A program made the translations under genes and the position numbers. The notes beneath the pieces were generated by a model. The model saw only the letters and a program-made list of their open reading frames with translations, was not told where the DNA came from and did not search any database. Below, one piece after another: positions 37,301 through 50,609 of a DNA stretch of 64,000 bases (position 1 is the stretch's first letter; every line of letters begins with the position of its first letter). The stretch is from Ramazzottius varieornatus (lineage: Eukaryota > Animalia > Tardigrada). The DNA lies in the NCBI GenBank assembly GCA_001949185.1, contig BDGG01000001.1, positions 7,092,325 to 7,156,324 on the forward strand. The letters run 5' to 3'.

Positions 37301-40300
37301 TCTTCAACTTGTCCAGTGATTGGACGAGGAGCTGATAGACGCGTCGGAGGTCCTTCATGTCCCGGGCTACCCCGCTCGCGATCCAGCGACTGCAAACATC
37401 ACACGCTTTGGCTGTGATGTTGGGTGGTGTATCAGCAGCGAAGGTCGGCCGAAGCGCGGCACCGACGTTGGCTTGAAACTGCTCAAGTATCCCATGGCCT
37501 GAAAAAGAAAAGCTTGGCAAACCAGCTCGACACCACATTTCTTAAAGTGGCGCATGTTATCCGGGTAATTGTCTGAAACCCTGCGCCACTTGGAGGAACT
37601 CGACAGCATTACTTTTCCAAGTGCCGCATGCTTCCAGTGTTATAGATCGAGATTGCGCGCCACTCGGGGAAAGCTAGTTTTCTTTATCGCAGTTTGGTTT
37701 TGAGATTTGAGACTTTCTCATACCGGGGAACTCAGGTTCTTCGATGGCTCCAAAGCTGACGATGATATCGAGCAGGAGGTCCAGGCCGGCCATTCTTAGT
37801 CCGTCGCTGTCGGAAGTGGCAGCCATGAAGGCCATTCGGACCAAGTCAGGCAGATGGAGGATCAAAGCGTCGAGCCGTTCCTTCCTGGCTCTCATCACAT
37901 CGAAGTGATAGCTGTTAGCCTCTCTACAGATCTTAATCAACTTCCGTAGGCAGTTGATGGTGTAAACGAGAGTCGTCCAGCGGGACGTGTGCCGCTTGGT
38001 CTCGCCTTGGGCAGCTGAATTCGCTCGAAACTGGAAAATAAAGTTTTTCTAAAGTTATTACACGATGAGAAACGAAGTTCAAAGCACCTCTTCGGCATCG
38101 TCTTCGTTGTCTTCATCGCCTTCTTTGGTTACTTGTTCAGGTTCGGCTTTGGCGCCACCGCTTTCTGTGGAAGTCAGGATCTCACGGCTGAGGGTAAACC
38201 AGGAAGACAAGTGGTAGTCGATGGCGAACTGGAGAAGACTTTGGAGGATGAGTTCGATGCCGGCGCGAATCTTCACGTCGACCTCTTGGTCCAACATGTG
38301 GAAGAGTACTTCAGCGAGCCACATTTCATCTTCACTTGCCGCTTCCTAAGATGAAACATAATTGTTTTTATCCACCATTCAATTTCAATTTTTCTCGAAT
38401 TTATTAGAAATCTATTCGAATAGTTTAAGATTTTTACCTGACTTTCTCTGGCGATGCTGCACACTTGCGCAGTTTCCCTCTGGCACAGCTGCCTGAGACA
38501 GTCGATGGATGACTGCCTTAGGAGGAGATGTGGTGAGGAGAGATGGGTCACGAGTTGGGGGACGAGCTGGGTGAAGTTGACATGTTTGGGAGCAAACATG
38601 TGCACTTGCTGAAAGGACTGGACGGCTTCGCTCTGGACAATCCAGTCGCTGGAGGCGTGCATGATAGCACAAGCGGCTAGGCAAGTGTTCCGGACAGCAG
38701 CGATAGCTTCATTGCTCCCATTCAGCTCAGGACCAACAGCTACAAGAATGAACAGTCTTGAGGAAGCAATATAAATCAAGTAAGTTCGGGAAAAGAATGG
38801 TCGGGAAGGGCAGAAGTAAGAACACATCAATCTTTCGCGAACCTACATACAGCGCACCGTGTACAAAATGCTGCGCGCTGGTATGCAGGTACGAGCGGGA
38901 GCGGTTATTGTCGATGGAAATCCAGGCTAAATTCAACTATGATTTTACAGACGATCGTACCGGTGATCAGGGCTGAAAGGCACTTTCCGACACAGTGGAA
39001 GACTTCTGAATGCTGCCTTGAAACTGACAGGAGAAGCTTCATACAAAGCGACAGGGTCTGCTCGACATGACTGCGGAACATTGGTCCACCAGAGTCCGCA
39101 ATCAGGTACAGTGCGTGAAGTGCCCACACTTGCACCACTGGAGCGTTCAGGTCTTCCGAAAGAGCTTTCAAGATGTTCACGTTGTTCTTCAGGTTCTGGT
39201 TGGAAGCCATCCCTCCAACGTACCTGGAAGAAACACGCCCGTCAGCCCATATGAGACAAAACATAGAATGATATGCAGTTAATTGGTCCTACTATTAATA
39301 GATCCTAGTGATACATAGTATGTAGGCGTTTCTCTTACAAGGCAACTTATACAGTAGGACCAATGGTACTCGGTAGTTATGCTTACCGGTGCAAGCAGCC
39401 GAGTATCATGCAATGACCGGTCCTCGTCACGACATCTCTGGATGTCTGAAGTACCTCGAACGTCTTTTGTGCCGTCTCCGCTACGAACCTGGGGTCGGAG
39501 ACAACTTGAGCGAGGCGACCCAAGGTTTCGCCGGCGGCACAGCGGAGCATGGGGTTGGTGTTAGCGATGCCCACTTGGATCAAGCTGACAAAGCCTGTCA
39601 CCACAGCCTCACTTAGCACCACGTTCTTGGCATCTGTCAGATTCTTCAGGGCTGACAGAACGGCGGTAAACACGTTTAACAGCATGGCTTGCTGCCGCTG
39701 AGACTTGGCTTGTCGGATACAAGCCAGCAGATGTTCGAGGACTTGCTGTTGATGCTTGTTCGGCACGTGGACGAACATCTTGCCGAAAAGCAAGACGGAA
39801 AAATCGATGACCACCACACCTGAAAAACAAGAACAGTGTACAGAGAACGGCACGGTCCACATCTAACAGTTTCATTGAAGTGGACAAATTGGGACGTCGC
39901 TATTATGCCAAGTGGCGCACGTTTTCAGTGTTATCGGCCAGAAGCGTGCGCCACTTCGACATTCCATTTCCTTTTTTTGACAACGGAATAACGCAGAAAA
40001 AAGGCAGCAATCGCCATTTTTAGTAATTTCAGTATGTTCTTCCGCTCGGTTTCTGGCCATTGATTTTCATGGGCTCCGAAATCCCCTAACACACATCCTC
40101 TGCCTTTTTTTTAACACTTCACTAGAACAGATTTTAACGAATTGTATTTTTATACCGATCGGAAGTGGAGTAGGGACATCATCCGATTTCTTGTACAGAC
40201 TGGTGGCATCATGTTCCAGGCTGCCGGAACCGGAAGCGCTATTGGGTTGCAGCTGTTCCTCAATCAATTTCTGATCGGTGTCCTGTTGCAATGAGAAAAG

Positions 40301-43300
40301 AGGGAAAGTCGTTAGGCACAGATCACAAAGTTCTAGCTCGTCGCTGCCGTTATCGTTAGTCGTCAGAGGGGGCATACTTATACTTTGGGGAGAGCTACAG
40401 TAGTCCGTGTCAATTAACGAGCTCTCCGAGACATATCCCGACACATCTATCACCCCATTAAAGGACTTAACGACCAGCAGGCATTCTCACAGCAAACAAT
40501 CTCTTCTCTCAAACAACGATCAATACCACACAGGCTCTTATTACAAAAAACCAACTCTTTACAGAAGCTGTATAAAGAGCCTCAAAGCTAGTCATTACAA
40601 ATCTGATACTATGAATGGAAAAAGGGGCTAACGGACAAACAGCCGCAAATTATCGCAATTTAGCACTTTCCTCACAATCGATATCCTTCAATCAGAGCCG
40701 AAAAGTGTTTCCGTCAAGTTGATAAAAAATTTCATAGAAAACAAATATCGTGTCTTTTTCAACCTTTCAGTGATGAATTTCTCGATTTTGAATTAATTTC
40801 CAAATAAAATTTTGGTTTTTTTTCCACCATTTTCAGCGAGGTTTTCTGGCTACTAACCTGCAGCCACTGTCCAAGCAGCAGTGTATCTTCGTTCCGGCAC
40901 AGTCCTCTCAACAAGGAGGTCGTCGTGTTTGACTGGTTATCCACCAGAGTCAAGTCAGCGACAACTTCCTTGATGACGGCGGAGTAATTCGTTAGACAGC
41001 TCTTGGCTGATAGCTTCATCAGGGCTTCGTATAGCCTGACCCGGACGGAAGCTAGAGCGACCTTTAGGTGCTGTCCGTAGGATTTCACCCAGCCGGAAAT
41101 GTTGTGAAGGAGTGCGATGGCGGACTGCACAGGCACCATTATCCTCCTTAGGACATCCTCCGTCACCTGTCAAACACACATGCCAAATCTCCAACGTTTA
41201 CCTCTGAGACTATACCCTGAAGCCGATGACGAAAAGCAGAACTGATTTGGCGGTTCGCCAAACAACCCAACAACCCGACAAGTGCCTCTCGTTTTAGAGT
41301 ATTCGGCTGAAATCGTGCGCTGCTTGGAGAAACAATCTTGTCGTTTTTGTTTGGTGAACTTCCAATTACGTTTTTGATCGTTTTCGTCCTGTTCTTATTA
41401 CAATTTTATTATTGATTATTTACCAGCTCGGGACAACTGTTGAGGAGCCCGTTCAGAGCCGATAAAGCGCCGGCGCGATTAAGCAGTGACACTTGCCACG
41501 TGAAAGCGTCTCCGCGCAGCTTCTCCGATTCAATCTCCTTGTCTGAACGCGGAAATGAATTGCGCCACAGTAAAAGGTACTTGGGGAGGTACTTCCGCAT
41601 GCAGGCGCTCCCTAGGGTCGTAATGGCCCCTGCAATAAACAAAAGCAAAGCACTGTCATTCTGCATGCAATAACTCGCAATGACGTCAAGTGCTCATATC
41701 CCATATTAAAAGTCATTTTACGCTCCCATGTCATCTTTCGCCTATTTGACTCTATTCAACACTTTCCCACTGATACTCATCTTCATCCCATACTATATCG
41801 TTTCGTTAATACATAAAGACAGATTACGTAAACGATGGTACCAATGTTTTACAATTCGAAAAGCCGACAGGCAGCAAAATGCGGCATCTTTCATGCGCCT
41901 GCATACAGAATACCCTCGATGGCTAACGATGTAAATGTGAGCAGGTACATGACACACCCAGGCCTGGTGCGTTCATCTTGCATGCACCTGCCTACCCGAG
42001 CATCACGGTAAAGTACCAACATCGTGTATGCAAGTACGTGCAAAACTGGCCCATCTTTTAGAAAAAGTCTGACGGAGTGTTTCAGCATACCGAGAATCAT
42101 CCAGGCGGCTTCGGTACGCTGTTGTGAAAGACGTGAGTTCAAGGCTGCCGATCTGAGGAGTTCATCGGCGATATTGAAAGCGCGTTCGACGAGTCGATGC
42201 GGTATTCCCAGCGGGGAATCCGAAATGCCACCTATGACAGCGGCCATGCCATAACTGTAACCCACGATGCCTTCCGGAAAGGTCTTGGTGTCCTCAATCT
42301 TGGCCAGTAGCCTGTTGAGCACGGGAACCATCTGCGTCGATAGGACGGTTATCAGCTTCCGGAGCGTCCAGGCGGCTGACAGTTGGACGTTGGCACTGGG
42401 ATAGACTACGATGGCGAGTGTCACGTCGAGGACGCTGTGACCGCCTTGCTCGGCTAAAAACACAAATTTAAGGTCAATATAAAATCATTCGATAGAATCA
42501 ATATAAAATCATTCGATAGCTCGGCAAACAAACTCGATACGGCTAAGTTAGTTTCCCAAGTGGCGTACATTCTCAGTCTGGTTGACTAAGGGCGTGCACC
42601 ACTCGAGAAAAAAACTATCGTCGAGTATGTCTGCCGAGCTTCCCATTTAGAAAATGAAACTATTATTAAGATCATCACAGAGTCTCTTGCCAAGTTTTTT
42701 CTGACCTGTCAGGTTGACCGACATGCTGTCCAAGTTGACGATGACGGTTTGAAGTTGCTCTAATGCACAGATCTGCGGAGAAGAAAAGAGGTAGAAAAAT
42801 CGATTAGAGGGACCACAAATGTAATTGGACGACATTTTGTTGAACGAGAATATACAGCAGAAGCGGGCCAATAAAATCCAGACAATCCCCTTCGTTAAGG
42901 GTGTCAACAGGACCCATGATACGGCTCTTCGCGAGAACTCACATCAAACACAGACTACATTCAACAAAACCAATACATCCCACTGCGCATTTCACCACCG
43001 ACAAGTTTGTTTTCAGAAAATATTTTAGAACTGTGCAATATGAGAGGTCAGCAGAAAAACTCGAGAAGACTATTCGGAAGTGGCGCATGCGTACGATCCG
43101 TAAATCTGAGAACTTGCGCCACTTGGAGAACAATCTTGTCGAGTTTTTCCGAGTGGCGCACGTTCTCGTTGATATCAGCTGAAAGCTTGCGCCAAGTGGA
43201 GCAACGATCTAGTCGAGTTTGTTTGCCGAACTCTCGTATCCCATTCATTTTCCAATATTCTTTGCCAAGTTTCCGATGGTCAGACGCTACACAACTTGTC

Positions 43301-46300
43301 TTTGTCGTCGTGTATTTACGCAATTTTCATTTATTTATTTTGGCCTTTCGCTTGCGGTTTGGAATTTTAGTACGTACCAAAACATGCTGTTTCGTATCTC
43401 CGCTGCGGTTTTCCGAAGAGTTCCCCGTCTCGACCACGGCCTCGGGTGCCGTCGCACATCTGTACAGTATGTTCACCAGTTCTCTTGCTGCCACGAGCTG
43501 TGCCTTCTCCGTTAAGAGTCCACACACGCCAACACGGAAGATGCAACCGACGCATTTACGAGCGTAAATAGCGTCGACGTGTGTTAGACTGGAGCGAGGG
43601 TTGCCCACCACCTCCATCAGATGGTTCAAGATGGCCGGCAGATGCTTCTCAACCCACGGTGCAGTCATGCGCTTGAAGAAAGCAATGTATGCATGAGCGG
43701 CTCCGATACGCACTTCCTTAGACACAACTGTCGTCCCCCGAATCATTTCTCCCGCACCGGTTTTCAGGAACCCACCGAGGCCGCCTTTCAGGAACATGGA
43801 AGCTAGGAGGTTCAAGGCGTCCTCTGCTGACAAAATTAGGGCGACCTTCGAGCAAAAAGCCCATCATTAGACAAACCGGGAAACCCAATATAGAAAAGTT
43901 TCTTCCACCTGCATACAACTCGACCGCATGTCTACTACGTGGGTCGGTATGCAGGTTCGCCAAGGATAAGACATGAAAGACCAGCTGCTCTTGAGCACCT
44001 AAGGCACATCGCAACCATAATTCTCAAGTTTGTAGGTATGCAATGAACGAGTCTGCAGGATGATGCGCACACCTACGTACAACGAACCATGAGTTTGCTA
44101 GGGCACTAAACTATGTAGGTTCTCGCTGAATGCGAACTGGATACGCGCAACCATACAATTATCACGGAGCACGGGTGTGCATGTTTCTGTTCATTATCCT
44201 CTTGTTCTTAAATCAGGCTCTCCGAATCCCGACAAAGCGTAAGCAGCGAGATTCTTACGGAAGTAAATACCTTTAATTGTGTCTTGGCTGACGTAGGACC
44301 CTTGCTACTGAGCGGAGTGAGAGCGGAGTGGAGCAGTGAAGCGACAAGGGATGCCACTGCACAACGAACGTCATAGGTGGAATATTCCATGGCACGACAG
44401 CAGAGGGAGATGGCCGTTTCCAGGTCGCTGGTGGTGGAGAAGAGGGTGCTTTCATCGGCTAGAGCTTGCATGCAGTGAGCTGCGGCATCGCGGACTGCCA
44501 TTACACGGTCGGTCATGCATGTCCGCACGTGCTTGTAAATATCCCTGCAAGAATACAAAGCATACAGTGTCAGAAGTTTATCCCTCTATAAAACTGAGTC
44601 ATAAAATTCCCTGAAGATCCCTGATCACAAGACTATCGTCTTTAGTGCTTTCTCAAACTTCTGGAGTACCAGAAAAAATTCGTCTTTTGTCGAAGGATTG
44701 AACAAATGGCAAACGAATTTACCAGACCGTTTATTCCCAGGTGGCGCACGCTCTGAGCTTAGATCAATGCGACTGTGCGCCACTAAGGATAACGATCTGA
44801 GCGAGATATGTGCCGTCGTTTTCGAGACTTTCTTAGTATCTCCGGACCTCCAGAAAGATTTCTGGTAATCGCTCAAAAGTGTTTCCTTGCTTCTAAATTT
44901 TTCTATTGATCGGCGACTCACTTAGTTTTTCTGAAGTACTATAATGCTTCATGAACTTCGCGCAGCACGTGATCATACGCGTGCAGTTGAACCCCGGTCC
45001 AAAAATTTTGCCCTACCAACCCCCTAAGGGATGTTTCGCGCGTATGATGACGTAATTCGCGAACTTCATGAAGCAAGTACTTAAACGATGCAAACTGCTG
45101 TGCGTGTCGAAAAGAAGCGATCGCGCTAAAGTTGGGAAGCGGAAACGCTAACAAGGAAAAACGTCGCAGTGTATTCTGCGTGCGTGAACTTCCGCCTTCC
45201 TAAAATATTCATAATCCTCCCTTTCTCGGTTCCTGAATATCTCATTTGGATACCGACAACACAAAAAGCTTCCAGCTATAATCCTAAGAGGAAATCCTGC
45301 AAGACTTGCATGCACTTGGAATGCGATGTATTGATTACGGATGACCGAGGTTCGGTTCTTTTCTTCACAGCCTCACGTCCGTGAACGCGACGGGAACAGA
45401 ATACGTTTTATTTTGCCAAAGGGTAATTCAACGCATTATGTCATTGTAACGAGATCAGTCTGCGTCGGACGTCGCTCGACTGGGTGAATTTAGAGGAACT
45501 TCCGGCGCCGCTCTCATCAACGACCGGGGTGGCTCTTGTAATCAACGATCGATGCCTACCGCTAGCCCTCACAAACGAGTAAAGTATCCGGCAAAATACC
45601 GGAAGAAGCACAATGCAACGGGCAAAGTGCTTCTATTTGCGCTGGATTCGTGCCCTTGACGGCGCTTTAATTTCCCTTCCTGCAGCCTCGTTAGACTGGC
45701 CTAGTGCGTTAAAAAAATCCAATTTCCCCATCTGCTGCCCTTTTCGAACTCCCCCATATAAAAACTACACCCGTAATCAAAAAGCCTAAAACCCGTTATC
45801 TAAAAATCTGCGAAAACGTTCTACCCTAACACGATGTTCGAAACTTGACCGGATCGTCTTCGAAGTGGCGCATAGTCCCAACCAATATCGCTGAAACTTG
45901 CGCCACTTGGGAAAACGATCTGGACGATTTCGTTTGCCAAGCTCCAAACCACTGTATGCTAACTATTCAAAGACGCTGGAAAACCCTGCTCACTGAGGTA
46001 GGAGTGGTCGAGGTTCATGAAGGTTGCCACACAAATTCACGTAAAGAGATAAATCGAAAACGCACACAAACTAGTTTACTGGATGTTTCACATACTTGTG
46101 TAAATGAGCAGCAGCCGAGCCCATGCCCCGCACGACCTTCTCCAAAGTCCGCATAATCTCTATCCTCAGCTGCGACTCCGCGCTCTTCAGCGTCTTGGAA
46201 CATGCCGAAAAGGTCTCGTCATAGGACCTTCCCACCATTCTTCCCAGTTTCTCGTACAGTTCTCCGAGGACCTCCAAGGCTGCCAACCGGTTGTTAAGCG

Positions 46301-46953
46301 TAGCCGGATCGTCCTTCTGCTTGATGAGATCGTTGCAGGTGTTAATGATCTCGAACAAGCCCACCTACCACGAAAGCGATTTGTATTCGTACGATAGACG
46401 AAAGCTCGGCAAACAATCCCGTCCAGATCGTTTTCCAAGTGGCGCACTTCTTACGCTAATATAAACGAGCACGTGCGCTACTCGAACAAAATTCGACGGG
46501 ACTGATTTTCCAGTTGGCGCACGCTACCAGTCAGTAACACTGAAAACGTACGCCACTTGGGAAAACATTCTTGCCAAGTTTTTTCAAGCGATGCACGTTT
46601 TTGGTGTTACTGACTAGAAACGTGCGCCACTTGGGCAGACGATCTGGTCAAGTTTGTCTGCCGATTTCCTAGACAGCTTTTCCGTGGTTGAGACTAACCG
46701 AGTCGCCCACGGCGAAGAGTGAAGCAAAGCATCTGGCCAGGTAGTGTCTGATGGGAGGACCAGGTGTCGACAGCATCTGTCTGATTAGCTGTTCCTGTAG
46801 TTTCTTCTGAGAAGACTTGATGTCGGAGCGGTTGACGACGTGCAGTATCTTGTTGAGATGCCGCAGCCATTCCAGGACGAAGATGGCTTTCTCAGATTCC
46901 GGACGGAGCTGGTGCGCCGTTTCGTTGAGCAACAAACTATTGGATTGTTCCAT
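34364..46953 (-). CDS. HEATR5B: HEAT repeat-containing protein 5 (HEATR5A/B, Laa1/SOAP-1 family), multi-exon
   Basis: N-terminus SLLLNE..FVLEWLRHL..DIKSSQKKLQEQL; YEKLGRMVGRSY; LLLWRNSFPRS; LRCAAGETLGRLAQVV; SRDVVTRTGH; VQVWALHALYLIADSGGPMFR; LHLPDLVRMAFMAAT; ILEQFQANVGAALRP; C-terminal PSIKLK. Confidence 0.93.
35327..35440. repeat. Family A, 1 unit (HEATR5 intron)
   Basis: Core at 35364, N27. Confidence 0.85.
36070..36185. repeat. Family A, 1 unit (HEATR5 intron)
   Basis: Core at 36109, N27. Confidence 0.88.
37510..37690. repeat. Family A, 2-unit array (HEATR5 intron)
   Basis: Cores at 37548 and 37622, both N27, period 74. Confidence 0.88.
38841..38890. repeat. Family B dyad, 1 unit (HEATR5 intron)
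   Basis: ACCTACATAC-N30-GTATGCAGGT. Confidence 0.8.
39890..39960. repeat. Family A, 1 unit (HEATR5 intron)
   Basis: Core at 39913, N27; the spacer is close to consensus. Confidence 0.88.
41250..41363. repeat. Family A, degenerate unit (HEATR5 intron)
   Basis: Decayed cores at 41283, N26, with a recognisable right arm. Confidence 0.7.
41897..42035. repeat. Family B dyad, 2 units (HEATR5 intron)
   Basis: GCCTGCATAC(41897)-N30-GTGAGCAGGT and ACCTGCCTAC(41986)-N30-GTATGCAAGT. Confidence 0.75.
42518..42644. repeat. Family A, 1 full-length unit (HEATR5 intron)
   Basis: Core at 42561, N27; preceded by a 22-bp direct duplication (42474-42495 / 42498-42519). Confidence 0.9.
43043..43233. repeat. 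Family A, 2-unit array (HEATR5 intron)
   Basis: Cores at 43081 and 43154, both N27, period 73. Confidence 0.9.
43907..44184. repeat. Family B dyad, 3 units plus a possible decayed fourth (HEATR5 intron)
   Basis: ACCTGCATAC(43907)-N30-GTATGCAGGT; ACCTACGTAC(44071)-N30-CTATGTAGGT; AACTGGATAC(44135)-N30-GTGTGCATGT. Confidence 0.78.
44708..44815. repeat. Family A, 1 unit (HEATR5 intron)
   Basis: Core at 44742, N27. Confidence 0.88.
44934..45082. repeat. Third hairpin or MITE-like element with ~37-bp inverted arms (HEATR5 intron)
   Basis: TGCTTCATGAACTTCGCGCAGCACGTGATCATACGCG (44945-44981) versus CGCGTATGATGACGTAATTCGCGAACTTCATGAAGCA (45039-45075). Confidence 0.75.
45838..45945. repeat. Family A, 1 unit (HEATR5 intron)
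   Basis: Core at 45866, N26. Confidence 0.88.
46403..46669. repeat. Family A, 3-unit array (first coding intron of HEATR5)
   Basis: Cores at 46440, 46515 and 46589, all N27, periods 75 and 74. Confidence 0.92.
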
Positions 46954-49900
46954 ATTCTCGCGTGGATCGGATTTCGTTGTCCTGTAATCAAAAGAATAAA
47001 TTAACGGCGAACAGAAACCTTTTTATTGTGCCAAGTGGTAGCTGTTTCTTTCAGTTTGAATGCGAAGGAAGCTCAAGAGCGCTATTTAACGAAAAAGACG
47101 ATGCAGTCAGCCAAATTGCACAATGAATTTTCCCTTTCTGTGACTTTCAAGTTTCTGTAATGTCAGCTTATTCAGTAATCAACCGAAACGCAATGTTAAC
47201 AGACCAATTAATCAACAATCAACCGTATGATAATGAAACAAGCAGGATGATGGATTTCGACCGTTTTGACATTGCCGATAACAATATTAAATTCTCTCAT
47301 TGCCGCAGTACTCCATGTATCACAGCTAAAATTACGGAGCACGAAAAAGGAATGTGCATGGAATTCCGAAGCACAAATGGATGTTCTCCGGGCAAAGCGA
47401 GGAACTGTTCGGTGATCGAAGAAAGATTGGATGTTTGGATGAGGCTCAAATTGTAATATCAGCTTTTCAGAAAGCAAATCGTCTAGCTGTTCTGAGGCGT
47501 TCCCCGACTTCTCATTACAGGCGCTCGATGACTTAGAGGCTGTCAAGGAGCTGGGAATGTGAAAAGTATGCAAAAGATGATTGCGCAGCCGTGTGAAAGA
47601 AGCCAACTGTGGCTGCATGCAAAATGAGTACAAAACGGTGGTTTGGTACTTACATGTTTGAAGAGTAGGACGATGAGTACATATATATGTCGCCACGAGT
47701 GGACTGCTGGCTTTGTGGAACATCAAGAAGAAGGGACGGGAGCAGCCCAGAGTGGATCAAGGAGGGATGCGGGAGGTCGGAAATGAGACTTTGCTCTGCA
47801 ACACAGAATTTTAAATATTGCTGTACCCGTCCCAAGATCAAGCATGGAAAAAAATGCTATTAGATGCCCGGCACCACGCTAAATTGTGCATTACCCAATG
47901 GTAAAAGCATGTATGAGCTGGCTGTGTAACAAGAGGGCATCGCAATATTGTAGTCTATTCAAGCAAGTACTTACTGGGATTCTGGGAAGAGTTCAGGCCG
48001 AGTTTAGCTCCGGTTTCGGTGGGCGGAGAGGAAGAAGAGGAGCGACAGGAACTCGGGACACAGAGTCAGGCTTCAGGCCAACAATTCAACTTTGATTATC
48101 GACATTTTTCCCCGCGCGCGCATGACGGAGAGGCTTAATAACTTAATAAGGATTCATGTTCGAAGACCGATAACAAGAGCTGAAACTTATCCAACGACCA
48201 GTCATTAGGACTCACTCGTCAACCCAGATTGAAATGGATTGCGCCATGTCGCGCAAACTATACAGAAAAATGATCCCGGAGATTTGGACTGGATCAGCTG
48301 CGGCGGATGAGCAACACGTAGTACTTGGAAAGAGAACAGACTGCTGACTAGTAGAAAAACGAAAGAGCAACGCTTAGTTTAAACAGTGACACTCTCTACA
48401 GTCTCCATCAGTGCGTTCTACTGCAAAGGAAAGTCAGGAACGTCGATAAAGTAACTTCCGCTGAATCCGCTCCGCGGCTGCAGCTGGATCTCTCGGAGTC
48501 TCTCCATTTCCAGCATGCACATCCATCCACAAGCTCCGGTTCGACTCCGTTCCTAAATTTCAAACTCACGTTAAAACCGATTCAAGCCGGAGGGTTGGCC
48601 GATTAACTTAGGACCTGTGAGTGGTATCGAGGGCTCCCAGCCTCCCAACTTCCCACTGCCCACTCATTTTATATTGTTGCTTTAAGTTGTTGGACACAAT
48701 ATTTTGATTTCGTTTTCCCGTATTTTCAGCCAAGAAAATATGTCGTGGGAGATGGCAAACAAAGTAACGAAGAGCTCGCTGTGCTCGAAAACACACATCG
48801 AAAATTTCGGGAATATTTCTGTAACTGTAATTTCTTTCTAGGATGAACGATTACGTGCACGGGCGCGTCACCTGATTTTCTTATGTGCTTCTGGACACAA
48901 TGACCCCGTTGCAATACTAATGGCCCGAAAAACTCCACATGACACTGACATGTTCGCTTATGGATGGGAGCAACATGGCTACCGGCGCTAGTGGTAATCC
49001 CCACGCGTTAAAAATCCATTACGATAATGCACGACGGCAAATATCGTTACTTTACAGACGGTTTCTATCATGGACTCAAGTGGCACTTGTCAAGTTCCCT
49101 CACTCGCATGTGAGGAGCCGAGCAAAACGGATTCATCCTTTCAGAAATCTGATATGCACGTTTTTTCCCGCTCCATATCAACACGGAAGTCCGAGAGCAA
49201 AAGTCACATGGTTCGTAAACCATCTTACAGGCCGAAGTTCATCGTACAGTCGCATTTGCTGTCAAGGACCTCGAGATGAAACGTTCGAACAGTTTCTTCC
49301 TGTTTTTGCAGCGATAAGAGTAATCCGCCAAGAGCGGCTCAGCATTTCGCCTTTTTCCTCGCAGCGCACTCGATGGATAATGGAACGAAAGAGCAGAAAA
49401 ACATGTTAAATCGCAGATTACCCCGTGGAATTCTCTCTTCGGGTTCTTCAATTCCCATGGCGCCTCAACGTCTAACGTCGTCATCGAACCAAGATTTAAA
49501 ACGTAACGTTGTTTTCTGCTTCAGCTTTCAAGGATAAAACGCAACCTCGCAAGCCGCTTTCTGTGAAACTCAGCACAGCGCACCCAGTGGAAAACCCACC
49601 AGACATCGAACCAAGCGTTTGTCGCTATCCTTTTGACATGTATAATCAATAATAATCAAAGCATCCAACTTTCCATTGATGCAAAGTTGTTTTGTCGGAA
49701 TACACGCAACCACAAATGTTTTTTTTCTTTTCAGGCCATGTTTTTCCATCACTGTTTAATTTTGTCGAACAAAATCTTGTCTTCCTGTTTGGACTTTCCG
49801 ATGGAAAATACTCGCATATATAATCTACATTATAACGGTTCGGGCTTTGTTCATAGATATTGACGGAATTGAGACACAGAATGCTCTGGTTCGTTGTGTC

Positions 49901-50609
49901 GTTCCATCCAAAGTGCGTCAATAGTATCAGACGATCTCAGATGATAGCGTACTGTCTAGGTTCCACATACTATAATTTGGGAAAACTCCTCCGAAATTGC
50001 CGCTTCGGGCTGTTGACGATCGCAAAGCGAAAGAGGGCAAAGGACGTTAGTGACTACTGGATCTGTATGCAAATGTGTCACGCCCTCAGTCGCCCTGTAA
50101 TAAACCAGAGCTCCGGCGAACGTCGATGATGTTCTTCTGTTTTCATCACGATATCCGGTTTCCATTGGCGTAGCACTCTGGATTCGAACTTGTGTTACGC
50201 ATTTTTTCTCGCAAACCGGGTCAACCAAACAAACAAACAAACAAATATCGCTACGGTGCTGATTGAAGGGTCTTGGGATGCAGGTTGTCAGACCGGAAGT
50301 TCGCCGAAGCAGCGCCGCCTGGTGTTATGTCGTACTATCGCACTGTTTCGCTTATGTCTTACATGACATACTCTGTGATGCGATGTTTCGCAATAATATT
50401 ATTATTAGGGCTGGACTGGTGACAAAATCAATCACGTCCAATCAATCGCACGAGTGAAGGGGATATCCTCGAATCGTTCTCCTTCGTCAAGTCCTCGACG
50501 AGGATTTTCAAAGTTTATCCCATGAAACTCTATTCGAAGGGTGATTCTAGTTGCTCATCTGTTTCTTAAGACTCTCTCAGGCAGCAAAAAAGCTGCGACA
50601 ATTACGACG

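Noticed and set aside
39287-39327. Possible Family B unit (TCCTACTATT..GTATGTAGGC)
   Set aside because: The left half-site is poor and the spacing is about 21 nt, so it was not counted.
41291-41303. GTTTTAGAGTATT resembles the start of a Cas9 repeat
   Set aside because: It is a mutated Family A spacer; single occurrence, chance match.
46403-46669. CRISPR-like look of Family A arrays (conserved repeats with constant-length variable spacers)
   Set aside because: The host is a eukaryote with no cas genes in the window. The repeats alternate in inverted orientation, and the spacers derive from one consensus rather than being unique acquisitions.
50157-50190. GGTTTCCATTGGCGTAGCACTCTGGA resembles the 5' part of tRNA-Gln
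   Set aside because: No complete D arm, T arm or 3' acceptor strand is present. It is at best a relic; tRNAscan-SE would be needed.
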